This document shows, one piece after another, positions 33,806-42,588 of a stretch of DNA of 43,983 nucleotides. Both the position numbers and the translations under genes were made by a program. How positions within the stretch are numbered: the first letter of the stretch is position 1; each line of letters opens with the position of its first letter. This DNA comes from Candidatus Moranbacteria bacterium GW2011_GWE1_49_15 (GTDB lineage Bacteria; Patescibacteriota; Minisyncoccia; Moranbacterales; GWC2-37-73). The stretch lies in contig LCPX01000011.1 of assembly GCA_001003855.1 (NCBI GenBank), positions 3,681 through 47,663 on the forward strand, read 5' to 3'. The notes under the pieces are model-generated. The model was given only the letters and a program-made list of their open reading frames with translations, made no database searches and had not been told where the DNA came from.

Positions 33806-34783
33806 ATGTATAAGATAATGATCATAGGGAGCGGATTCGTCGGGCAAGCCACGGGAAAATCATTCGCCAAACTAGGCCACGGAGTCACATTCTGCGACAC
33901 CGACTCCGAAAAACTGAACGATTTGAAAAAGGAAGGTTTTGAAATATCCTCCCCGGAAAACATCGGGCGCGCGCAAGCCGACATTTTTTTCCTGACCGTA
34001 TCGACACCCACGGTGAACAAAAAAATAAAAATGGATTTCATTTTGGCGGCCGTGAAAAACCTCGCCCAGAAGGCGCTCAGGGTCGCCAAGAACCGTCCTT
34101 TGGTGGTGGTGAAAAGTACGGTTCCCCCGGGAACCACTGAAAACGTCATAGCCCCCCTGCTGGAGAAATATTCAGGAAAAAAATCCGGCAAGGATTTCTT
34201 CGCGGCCATGAACCCCGAATATCTCCGCGAAAGGGTGGCCTTGGAAGATTTCGAAAATCCGAGACTGGTGCTCATAGGCGCCAACGAGGAACGAGCCAGG
34301 AAAATACTAAGCGACCTTTATGCCCCATACGAAGACAAATGCCCGATTGCATTTTTGTCCCCGACCGGAGCGGAAATGCAAAAATACACGCATAACCTCT
34401 GGAATGCGGCCAAAATATCCTATTTCAACGAGATGCGCGCGGTCGCCAAGAAAATGGAACTGGATGCCGACAAAATATTCGAACTGACCATGAAGAGTGC
34501 GGAGGCTTCCTGGAATTCTGCTTATGGAACCAAGGATTTCGGACCTTTCGGCGGCAGTTGCCTCCCCAAGGACACTTCGGCCTTCCTGAAATGGTCGAAA
34601 GAGCAGTTGGACATGGACTTGCCTCTTCTCAGATCGGTTATTTCGGTCAATGACGCGTTGGTTGAAAAGATAACTACGGAAAAGGAACGCGAGAAAATCG
34701 TCGAGATCAAAACACTTTCTCCCATATTCTACCTGGAACCAAAAAAGATCGGAGTGGAAAGGAATGGTTTCGAAAGGGAATGA
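33806..34783 (+). CDS. Nucleotide-sugar 6-dehydrogenase (UDP-glucose/GDP-mannose dehydrogenase family), short form
   Basis: It has IIGSGFVGQA (Rossmann) and the GGSCLPKD catalytic Cys. At only 325 aa, the usual C-terminal nucleotide-sugar-binding domain appears to be absent. Confidence 0.85.
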   Translation: MYKIMIIGSGFVGQATGKSFAKLGHGVTFCDTDSEKLNDLKKEGFEISSPENIGRAQADIFFLTVSTPTVNKKIKMDFILAAVKNLAQKALRVAKNRPLVVVKSTVPPGTTENVIAPLLEKYSGKKSGKDFFAAMNPEYLRERVALEDFENPRLVLIGANEERARKILSDLYAPYEDKCPIAFLSPTGAEMQKYTHNLWNAAKISYFNEMRAVAKKMELDADKIFELTMKSAEASWNSAYGTKDFGPFGGSCLPKDTSAFLKWSKEQLDMDLPLLRSVISVNDALVEKITTEKEREKIVEIKTLSPIFYLEPKKIGVERNGFERE

Positions 34784-34856
34784 CGGACGGAGCGATACGT
34801 CCCGCATATCCTGCAAGCAGGGATGGGAATTTTTCCTAAATTAAAAAACAAAAAAT

Positions 34857-35006
34857 ATGCTACTCGACATATTCGACCAAATACGTGAATACGCTTTCCT
34901 CTATGCCCCTCTGGGAATCATAGGCGTTTGGCGTTGGAGCGTCTGGCTCATTCACTTCCGACGAAGGAAGCGCTTACACGTATTCCGTGATAACCCCGGT
35001 GTATAA
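34857..35006 (+). other. N-terminal TM segment of the downstream synthase, in a different frame
   Basis: The ATG at 34857 encodes MLLDIFDQIREYAFLYAPLGIIGVWRWSVWLI... (49 codons). The synthase frame (+1) is open from 34924 and reads ...AYTYSVITPVYNE. Confidence 0.55.
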
Positions 35007-37629
35007 TGAAAACCCGGAAGTGTTCAGGGTGGCCCTGGATTCCTGGAAAAGCAATGGGCCTGACGAAATTATCGCCGTGATGGACGCGAGCGACAAGGCA
35101 TGTATAGAAGTTTTCCAGGAATTCTCGAGAGGTTTTTCCGGAGCGCGTCTCATAGTTACGGACATACCCGGCAAAAGACCCGCGCTCGTCCAAGGCATAA
35201 TGGAGGCTACCAGCGATGTGGTGGCGCTGGTCGACAGCGATACCGTTTGGGACAAAGATGTTTCCAAAAACGCGCTCGCTCCTTTCGCTAACGGAAGGAT
35301 AGGCGGAGTAGGAACCAGGCAGGCCGTCCTTGAACCCAAAACGTTGGCCGAACGCCTTTTCGCTATCAGGCTGAATCTGCGTTATCTGCATGAATTCCCC
35401 TTTCTGATGACGACCGGAAACGTCACCACTTGCCTTTCCGGAAGGACCGCGTTTTACAGAAGAAGGGCTGTCCTTCCCCTGCTTGAAGACCTGCTCACCG
35501 AGAAATTCTGGGGCAAGCCCTGCATCAGCGGAGACGACAAGCGCCTCACTTCCCTACTCCAGGCGGCCGGCTGGCATACGCAGTTCCAACAAAGCGCCGT
35601 CGTCTGGACTCCGGGAATGCCCAAGCTTGGAAAATTCTTCCTACAGAACCTGCGTTGGGCCAGGAACAGTTGGCGGACTGACCTGCGGGTAATTTTCAGT
35701 TTTTGGCCATGGAGAAGGGAGCCCGTTTTCGCCTATCATCTTATTGACCGGACAGTGCAACCTTTCACCTTGCTGCTCGGTCCTATCTTCTTGGTGATCT
35801 CGCTCACTCTCGGCCATTGGGGAGTCGCGGCGGTCATCTTCGCCTGGTGGATGATAAGCAGAACCATCAAACTGTACCCGCACCTCAAATCCAATCCTCG
35901 TGATCTCACGATAGTGCCTTTTTTCACCTTCGCGCAATACTACCTGGCCATTTTGAAAATATACGCGCTTTTCACGATGAATTTCCAAGGCTGGATAACC
36001 CGCTGGGATTCGGACCGCCTCAAAAAATGGACCTACTTGCAGCTTCTGCCTTCGCGCCTGGCGACCTTTTCGCTCATAGGGTTCATGGCCTTCACCGTGG
36101 CCCAGCGCCAATATACCGTCGCCGACGAGCAGGCCATCCGGATCGAGGCGAACACCCCGGCCTATACGGAAGATTTTTCCGATTTCAATTTGGCCGAGCA
36201 AAGCGATGATTTTTGGGTAAAAAGGGAGGCGGCCACGACAGCCGCCTACATAACAAGAACTACCGACACGCCGTTTCTGGTCCAAAAGAGATTCAACCTC
36301 TCGACCCAGGCTGCCGCCCGGTCAATTCCGCAATATCCGTCCAACCTGCTCCTGGGAGCCGGAAGGAAGATATCCATTCCGGTGGAAGAATTGAAAAACG
36401 CCCTTTCCGTCGCACCGGTCCAACTGGTCGGTAAGCCCTTCGTCTCATATAATTCCGCCACCAATACGATCACGCTCAAAGGAAGGGGCTCCGTCATGAC
36501 GATCCCATTCATCCATAGGATCCTCAGCGGGGCCGGCTTCACCAATCCCCTGCAAGAAACTTCCCCAGGAGAATGGATGCTGCGCAGCAACCTCTACGCG
36601 GGCGACGGCGTCACTCTCATCATCGACGGACAAGAAGTCCGCTCCCTCAGGATGAAAAGCGACGAAGACGGCTTCGTTTTCCTGCAGACCTACAATGCCA
36701 GTCTGCTGATCAAAAACACCAAGATAACCTCCTGGAACGAGAAGCTCGGCGCTCCTGACCTGGATTATAAAGACGGGCGGGCATATGTGTTGGCGAAAAG
36801 GAGCGGACGCATGGACGTCCTAAACTCTGACATAGGATATCTGGGCTACGCGCGCTTCACCAAGATCAACGAACGCGTCGTCAACGGCGGAGGAATATAC
36901 GGCCTTTCCTGGAAGATAAACAACAACACTTTCGAAAGCGACCTACTCACCGGCTCGGCCATCGGCAACAAAATCCATGACAACTATTTCGGAATGTATA
37001 CCTACGGCGCCACGGGCATGGAAATCCGCAACAACGAGGTCTTCGACAACGTCCAGTACGGCATCGACCCGCACGACGATTCTAACAACCTGCTCATCGA
37101 GAACAATTTCGTGCATGACAACGGCAACCACGGTATCATCGTTTCCAAAAGGGTCGTCTACAGCACAATCCGCAACAACGTCTCCACCAACAACGCCCTG
37201 CACGGCCTGATGCTCGACCGCCAATCCAACTACAACCTCGTCGAAAACAACGTGGTCTCAGGCAACAACAACGGCATTGCCATTTATGATTCTCACTCCA
37301 ACCTCATCAGGGGTAACGATTTCATCCAGAACCGCTTCGGCATAAGGGCCAACATGAATTCCTCCAAAAACATGTTGCAGAACAATTCCATCCGCAACAA
37401 TGAGAGGGGCGTCTTCATCTATGGAGGAGCCGAGGGTAATATCCTGGCCAGCAACGTCATAAAGGAAAACAGCCAGGGCATATATTTCAAGCAGGCTGCC
37501 GGAAACGTGGTCCTGGACACCTTGAGCTGGAGGGATAACGGAAAAAATATCGATTTCGACGACTCTTCCACCAAGGCCAACTTCGTTAGACAACCGGAAA
37601 ACCCTTGGTGGGTCATCGAACGGAAATAA
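34987..37629 (+). CDS. HasA/Alg8-like processive GT2 synthase fused to an AlgG-like C5-epimerase beta-helix
   Basis: The GT2 motifs are ITPVYNE, VDSDT, GDDKRLT and QNLRW (35644-35658). Several TM helices follow. The C-terminal parallel beta-helix repeats carry YGIDPHDD (DPHD at 37066-37077), HGIIVSK, HGLMLDRQS and FGIRAN. Confidence 0.85.
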   Translation: MITPVYNENPEVFRVALDSWKSNGPDEIIAVMDASDKACIEVFQEFSRGFSGARLIVTDIPGKRPALVQGIMEATSDVVALVDSDTVWDKDVSKNALAPFANGRIGGVGTRQAVLEPKTLAERLFAIRLNLRYLHEFPFLMTTGNVTTCLSGRTAFYRRRAVLPLLEDLLTEKFWGKPCISGDDKRLTSLLQAAGWHTQFQQSAVVWTPGMPKLGKFFLQNLRWARNSWRTDLRVIFSFWPWRREPVFAYHLIDRTVQPFTLLLGPIFLVISLTLGHWGVAAVIFAWWMISRTIKLYPHLKSNPRDLTIVPFFTFAQYYLAILKIYALFTMNFQGWITRWDSDRLKKWTYLQLLPSRLATFSLIGFMAFTVAQRQYTVADEQAIRIEANTPAYTEDFSDFNLAEQSDDFWVKREAATTAAYITRTTDTPFLVQKRFNLSTQAAARSIPQYPSNLLLGAGRKISIPVEELKNALSVAPVQLVGKPFVSYNSATNTITLKGRGSVMTIPFIHRILSGAGFTNPLQETSPGEWMLRSNLYAGDGVTLIIDGQEVRSLRMKSDEDGFVFLQTYNASLLIKNTKITSWNEKLGAPDLDYKDGRAYVLAKRSGRMDVLNSDIGYLGYARFTKINERVVNGGGIYGLSWKINNNTFESDLLTGSAIGNKIHDNYFGMYTYGATGMEIRNNEVFDNVQYGIDPHDDSNNLLIENNFVHDNGNHGIIVSKRVVYSTIRNNVSTNNALHGLMLDRQSNYNLVENNVVSGNNNGIAIYDSHSNLIRGNDFIQNRFGIRANMNSSKNMLQNNSIRNNERGVFIYGGAEGNILASNVIKENSQGIYFKQAAGNVVLDTLSWRDNGKNIDFDDSSTKANFVRQPENPWWVIERK

Positions 37630-37712
37630 AAACGAATCTCATCTCTCCCTTTTCGCTTACGATATTCCCGCCGTTCGCGACTAAGACAAGTTGATCCGCG
37701 AAAACAAACAAA

Positions 37713-38873
37713 ATGAAAAACAAGACCATGATCATCGTTTCAGCGTTGTTCCTTTCCCTGTCCGGGCTTCTTTTGTATGGCTATCTTTCGGACGGAGCGC
37801 CCTTCCCCATCACGGACGACCGGCAAAGCACGTATGAGGGATCTCCGGAAAAAGAAGACGTCGGACCGGGAATAAGGGACGAGTTTTACATAAGTCCCTT
37901 GGGAAGCGATGAAAACGACGGGTTATCCTGGAAAAGTCCCTTTCTGAGTATCCAGAAGGCCATCTATCTGGCCGGCCCGGGCAGCGCGATCCATCTTGCG
38001 GACGGAACCTACATGCAAAATATCGTTTCCAAAAGGGATGGCACGGCGAAAAATCCCATACGGATCACCGGCTCCCCCTCCTCGATTGTGCAAGGCGGGA
38101 AAATTTCCCGCGTCATCGAAATAAACCACAGTTTCATCACATTGGAAAATTTCACCGTGGACGGTCTCGTTGGGAGCCCTGATGAAAAATCCGGTTTCCG
38201 CGACAAATTGATTTACGTCCAAGGAAAAGGAGATGGGAAAGGGGTGACCGGGCTGAAGGTTTTGAAAATGAGCCTCAAAAACGCCGGGGGTGAATGCGTG
38301 CGTCTGAGGTATTTCGCCCAAAAAAACGAAATAGCGGACAACACCATAACAGGCTGCGGAGCCTATGACTTTCTTCTCGACGGTAAAGGCAAAAACGGCG
38401 AGGGCATATATATCGGAACCGCTCCGGAGCAGACCGACGACGGCAAGAATCCAACCGACGAACGCGACCACTCGAACGGCAATTGGGTGCATGGCAACAC
38501 CATCGACACGCAAGGAAACGAATGCGTGGACGTCAAAGAAGGTTCTTCGGGAAACCTGGTTGAAAATAACGTTTGCACCGGGCAAAAAGACAGCGAATCC
38601 GGAGGATTGGATTCGAGGGGTAACGGGAATATTTTCCGCAATAACCTAGTATATGGCAACGCCGGGGCCGGCATCAGGCTCGGCGGAGACGAAGATGACG
38701 ACGGGAAGAACAACGACGTCTATCTCAACACGATCCGCGATAACGAGGGGGTCGGCATAAAAGTCCAACGCTATCCCCAAGGAAAAATTTGCGGAAACGT
38801 TTTGAGCGGAAACGACGGAGGCGAAATCACCGAGGAATACGCGGAAGACATAGCCAATGAGGCATGTGATTGA
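37713..38873 (+). CDS. Secreted right-handed beta-helix protein (DUF1565 / pectate-lyase-superfamily-like)
   Basis: 386 aa with a signal/TM segment MIIVSALFLSLSGLLLYG. YISPLGSDENDGLSWKSPFLSIQKAI is typical of DUF1565 starts, and NNxxxGN beta-helix repeats follow. Confidence 0.8.
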   Translation: MKNKTMIIVSALFLSLSGLLLYGYLSDGAPFPITDDRQSTYEGSPEKEDVGPGIRDEFYISPLGSDENDGLSWKSPFLSIQKAIYLAGPGSAIHLADGTYMQNIVSKRDGTAKNPIRITGSPSSIVQGGKISRVIEINHSFITLENFTVDGLVGSPDEKSGFRDKLIYVQGKGDGKGVTGLKVLKMSLKNAGGECVRLRYFAQKNEIADNTITGCGAYDFLLDGKGKNGEGIYIGTAPEQTDDGKNPTDERDHSNGNWVHGNTIDTQGNECVDVKEGSSGNLVENNVCTGQKDSESGGLDSRGNGNIFRNNLVYGNAGAGIRLGGDEDDDGKNNDVYLNTIRDNEGVGIKVQRYPQGKICGNVLSGNDGGEITEEYAEDIANEACD

Positions 38874-38883
38874 TTTTCGAATA

Positions 38884-38916
38884 AAAAACAAACCCCGTCC
38901 TTTCGGGGTTTTTTTG
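38884..38916. terminator. Bidirectional terminator
   Basis: aaccccg / tccttt / cggggtt with flanking A- and T-runs. It sits between convergent genes. Confidence 0.8.
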
Positions 38917-38937
38917 GTTTTTAGAATTTATCGAACC

Positions 38938-39381
38938 TTATACTATTTTTTCTTCTATTCCAGAAAGTTTCTCTATGACCGTTTTCATTTCCTTTTCCAC
39001 GCTTTTTATCTTCTCGAGTTCCGTCTCGACTTCCTCTTCCGTCTTTTCCGCTATCTTCTTTTCCTTGCGGATGCCGGAAATGATGACTTCGTTCCCGATG
39101 AAACTGGGAACCAATATTCCCGTGATGAGGAGCATCGCTCCCCCGGCGATGACGGAAGAAGCCCCGTCCCACCAAGGAAGACTGTCGACGCCGATCGCGG
39201 AAACATTAGAAGATTTTTTCAATATTTCCGCCACGACGAAATCGTTGAGATGCCAAACCCCCCTCCAAAAAATTATCACCCCGGTCCCGCCGATGAAAGC
39301 GTAGAGGATCGGCTGTCGGCTGAGACGGTGCCTCACTTTATCCTCAAGTTTATCGAAATAATTCACTATCCTTTTAAGCAT
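38938..39381 (-). CDS. Hypothetical membrane protein with a C-terminal coiled coil
   Basis: I chose the ATG at 39381 (MLKRIVNYFDK...), because the longer ORF to 39468 would run through the terminator at 39412-39441. It has two TM helices and a Glu/Lys-rich tail. Confidence 0.65.
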   Translation of the reverse strand: MLKRIVNYFDKLEDKVRHRLSRQPILYAFIGGTGVIIFWRGVWHLNDFVVAEILKKSSNVSAIGVDSLPWWDGASSVIAGGAMLLITGILVPSFIGNEVIISGIRKEKKIAEKTEEEVETELEKIKSVEKEMKTVIEKLSGIEEKIV

Positions 39382-39411
39382 GTTTTTTGTACTTATTTTT
39401 AAAGCCTCTGA

Positions 39412-39441
39412 AAACGAAAAAACGGGTATCACCCGTCTTTT
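39412..39441 (-). terminator. Rho-independent terminator of the cupin gene
   Basis: On the minus strand: gacgggt / gat / acccgt followed by tttttcgtttt. Confidence 0.7.
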
Positions 39442-39531
39442 TGCGGCTTCCGCCAGCTGGCGGATCAAGCCCCATATATTCCATTATAGCATATTTTTAA
39501 TCTTTTGTCCACAAATCCCTCCTCTCGTCGG

Positions 39532-39837
39532 TTATTTTTTCAGCATCACCAAAAGCATCTTGAATCTGTTTTGTGCCATGAGCGAATGCGGCTCGTTGGC
39601 CGGCATGATTATCATCTCCCCCGCCTCCAAAACGTGCGTCTTTCCGGAGATGGTTATTTCGCCCTCCCCGTCCAAAACATTGACTAAGACGTCGAACGGA
39701 GCGGTGTGTTCGCTGAGCCCTTGCCCCTTATCGAAAGCGAACAGCGTGACGGAGCCAGCTTCGGTTTTCAAAACCTCTTTACTCACCACCGATCCGTCTT
39801 GGTATGAAATATCGTCCCTCAACATCGCTTTGTCCAT
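39532..39837 (-). CDS. Cupin-domain protein
   Basis: 101 aa with GLSEHTAPFDVLVNVLDGEGEI and IIMPANEPHSL. Confidence 0.85.
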   Translation of the reverse strand: MDKAMLRDDISYQDGSVVSKEVLKTEAGSVTLFAFDKGQGLSEHTAPFDVLVNVLDGEGEITISGKTHVLEAGEMIIMPANEPHSLMAQNRFKMLLVMLKK

Positions 39838-39906
39838 AAAATTTTCCTATTTAAAAAATTAATCATGACCCATATCATTGTACTACAATCCTCCGTCGCT
39901 TTTAAA

Positions 39907-40671
39907 TTACCCTCTTGGACCGGTGATTATCTTCTTCCACGGTCCGTCCGGCACGTCTTTTTCTTCCACGAACTGCCAATCGACGATATCGACCCCTTCC
40001 AAGCCCAGATAATCCCTGACCGCCGGGGAAACATCCAGCCCGGCTTTTTTACCTTCGGTGTTTCTAGGGGATGCCGACCCGAAAACATACCCGGCATCGT
40101 CCTCCTCGAACGGACCGACGTCTTCCCATTGCGCGAAAGCGGTTTTTTCGTTTTTGACTATGCGTATCCAACGATTCTTAAGCACCGATTCGTTTTCCGG
40201 GACCCTCGCTCCCTCGGCCCATTCGGCGAGCTCAAATACTTCCACCTTCCGCCTCCCTTCGTCGTCAAAATCGTTATACGGCAGGGCGAAATAAAAAGAA
40301 TTCTCATCCGGAGTGAAAGCGTCCGGCAAAAGCCCCTCCCTATCCTCGGGATCGTCCGTTCCCCCGAAACTGCCGACCCAATCGCTATCCCAGGCACTGG
40401 CCGAATTATGTATGAAACCGTTATTCTCGTCAGCCTCTTCCCCGACCCAGAATACGGTGGCGGTTATTTTCGCATGTATGGGATATGCGTAGCTTTCCCA
40501 AAACCCGGACCCGGGAACCCTGACCGGGTTTTTTTCGGCATCATAAAAAAAGCCGTTGATCTCTTCCCTGAGAGCCAGGTCTGCCGCGTCCTCCTTCTTG
40601 CTTCGAAACGATAAGAAAGCGATCGCGGCGGCGGCCACAATAACGATGATGATTATCGTTGCTTTTTTCAT
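39907..40671 (-). CDS. Secreted conserved hypothetical protein, paralog B of 28293..29156
   Basis: 254 aa with an N-terminal hydrophobic anchor. It shares the same conserved blocks as paralog A. Confidence 0.8.
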   Translation of the reverse strand: MKKATIIIIVIVAAAAIAFLSFRSKKEDAADLALREEINGFFYDAEKNPVRVPGSGFWESYAYPIHAKITATVFWVGEEADENNGFIHNSASAWDSDWVGSFGGTDDPEDREGLLPDAFTPDENSFYFALPYNDFDDEGRRKVEVFELAEWAEGARVPENESVLKNRWIRIVKNEKTAFAQWEDVGPFEEDDAGYVFGSASPRNTEGKKAGLDVSPAVRDYLGLEGVDIVDWQFVEEKDVPDGPWKKIITGPRG

Positions 40672-40735
40672 ACCGTATTTCCTTAATTCATAATCCGCCC
40701 TGTTAATACCTGTCAGAACAAGGATTTATCGCAAA

Positions 40736-40762
40736 CAAAAAAACCCTCCGAAGAGGGTCTTT
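40736..40762 (-). terminator. Rho-independent terminator of the csp gene
   Basis: On the minus strand: gaccctc / ttcg / gagggt followed by ttttttt. Confidence 0.8.
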
Positions 40763-40777
40763 TGTAACTCCCAAAAA

Positions 40778-40981
40778 TTAAGAAATTTTTGAAACGTTGA
40801 TTGCGTTAGGTCCTTTTGGGCTTTCGCTTACTTCGAACTCAACTTTGTCTCCTTCGCGAAGGTCGTTGTATTCAGTTCCCTGAAGTTCCTTTGCGTGGAA
40901 GAAAAGGTCTTTGTCAGATCCTTCCTGGGCGATGAAGCCGAATCCGCGATCTGTAAGCCTTTTGATTGTTCCTGTAGCCAT
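40778..40981 (-). CDS. Cold-shock domain protein (CspA family)
   Basis: 67 aa with RGFGFI (RNP-1-like) and LFFHAKEL. Confidence 0.93.
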   Translation of the reverse strand: MATGTIKRLTDRGFGFIAQEGSDKDLFFHAKELQGTEYNDLREGDKVEFEVSESPKGPNAINVSKIS

Positions 40982-41081
40982 TTCGTTTGAATTGCTATTG
41001 TCTGATTAAGTGCATGTGTGGGTTTGTGCAAAGAGTTTTAGTTCGACTAGGCTGCTTTTGCGTGCCGACTGATGCACATCT

Positions 41082-41110
41082 ATATTAGCATTTATCGGGT
41101 TTTTTGTCAA
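41082..41110 (-). promoter_or_regulatory. Near-consensus promoter of csp, giving a leader of about 95 nt
   Basis: On the minus strand: TTGACA (41105-41110), a 17-nt spacer, then TGcTAATAT (-10 at 41082-41087). Confidence 0.55.
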
Positions 41111-41117
41111 TAGCGTC

Positions 41118-42569
41118 CTATCTTTCCAAATCCAGCACCTCATCTATGCGGACTTGGGAGACGAATTCGGCGACGTGGCTGACCAGCACCATCGCACCCT
41201 TATATTCGCTCAGCGCCTCGGCGATTATCGGAAGATGGCGGAAGTTGATGTGGTTAGTCGGCTCGTCCAGAATCAAAAGTCCCGGTTCCTGCAGCACTAA
41301 GCGCGCGAATGCGACCAATCCCTTCTGTCCTTCGGAAAGCGTTCCGATTTTCGCATAAACGGTTTCCTTGGTGAGCAAAAACCCCGCGGCGACCGCGCGG
41401 AGCCTTTCTTCATCTTTTTCCCGCATCACCTGAGAAAGGGATTCGAATACCGTGTCCTCGAAATTCAAAGTGGAAAAATCCTGGCGGTAATATCCGACTC
41501 GCACACCTTCCGCGATCTTCGCCCCTTCTGCACTTCCCGAAGCCAATGATTCCAAAAGGGTGCTTTTTCCGATGCCGTTCGGACCGGAAAGCAACAGGTG
41601 TTGATTTTTTCGCAGAGATACGTTCGCTTTCTTTTCCATCGGATAATGGTTTTGCATCACACACACCGAAGTTATTCCCAGAATTTCTCCGGAAAGCTCC
41701 TCCTGATGCGGGATAGTGAAGTTCCTGATCGCCTTGTCTTCTTTGCGCACGTCAACTTTCGCTTCCTCCATCGCCTGCGCCTTCTCGCGCATTTTTTTGG
41801 CTACCAATCTCATCCCTCCTCCTTTGTTGGCAAAAAAGTTCGCCTTTTCCTTGTTGGCACGGATCTCTTTTTCATATTGCGCGTTCTTCATTTCCTCCTT
41901 TTCTATCTGCGCCGCGATTTCCGCCACCACCACGTAATAATCCCCGATATACTGCTCTGTTTTCTTTGTAAAGACGTCCAGATACAAAACTCCGTCCGTG
42001 AAAGCGTTGAGGAAATCCGCGTCATGGGAAATCACGATGCAAGTTTTGTCATAGCCCATCAGAAACGCAGTCAGATGTTCGATGCCAGCCTTGTCCAGAT
42101 TGTTCGTCGGCTCGTCCAAAATCAGAAGGTCTGGATCCTGGATCAGCGCCGAAGCCAAAAGGAGCCTTGCCTGTTGTCCGCCGGAGAAAGATTTCATTTT
42201 TCTTTCAGGCGTCGCGATCAGATTCACCACTTCCAAAACGTTCTTGATGCGCTTGTCGATGTCATATATCTTTTCGGAAAAACATTTCTGAAAAAATTCG
42301 CGCACCGTAAGCTCCATGTCCTCGCGCGGGATCACCTGCTTGGCGTAGGCCACGGAAAGTTTCGGATCCACGTATATGGAGCCTTCCTCTGGCTTGAGCT
42401 CCCCGGTAATGAGCTTGAAAATCGTGCTTTTGCCCGCCCCGTTCTGCCCCATCAAAGTGATCTTGGTCCCTTGGCGCAGAGAAAAAGAAGCCTCGTCCAA
42501 AATGGGCTTTTCCCTGCCATATTCGAAGGTTACTTCGCTGAATCTTACCGCTACGTCGTTTTTTGCCAT
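41118..42569 (-). CDS. ABC-F family ATPase (two ABC domains, no TM domain)
   Basis: 483 aa with two Walker A motifs (GQNGAGKST, GPNGIGKST) and two signature motifs (FSGGQQ, LSEGQK). A charged inter-domain linker joins the halves. Confidence 0.9.
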   Translation of the reverse strand: MAKNDVAVRFSEVTFEYGREKPILDEASFSLRQGTKITLMGQNGAGKSTIFKLITGELKPEEGSIYVDPKLSVAYAKQVIPREDMELTVREFFQKCFSEKIYDIDKRIKNVLEVVNLIATPERKMKSFSGGQQARLLLASALIQDPDLLILDEPTNNLDKAGIEHLTAFLMGYDKTCIVISHDADFLNAFTDGVLYLDVFTKKTEQYIGDYYVVVAEIAAQIEKEEMKNAQYEKEIRANKEKANFFANKGGGMRLVAKKMREKAQAMEEAKVDVRKEDKAIRNFTIPHQEELSGEILGITSVCVMQNHYPMEKKANVSLRKNQHLLLSGPNGIGKSTLLESLASGSAEGAKIAEGVRVGYYRQDFSTLNFEDTVFESLSQVMREKDEERLRAVAAGFLLTKETVYAKIGTLSEGQKGLVAFARLVLQEPGLLILDEPTNHINFRHLPIIAEALSEYKGAMVLVSHVAEFVSQVRIDEVLDLER

Positions 42570-42588
42570 ATTTTAGAACTTTATTCCC

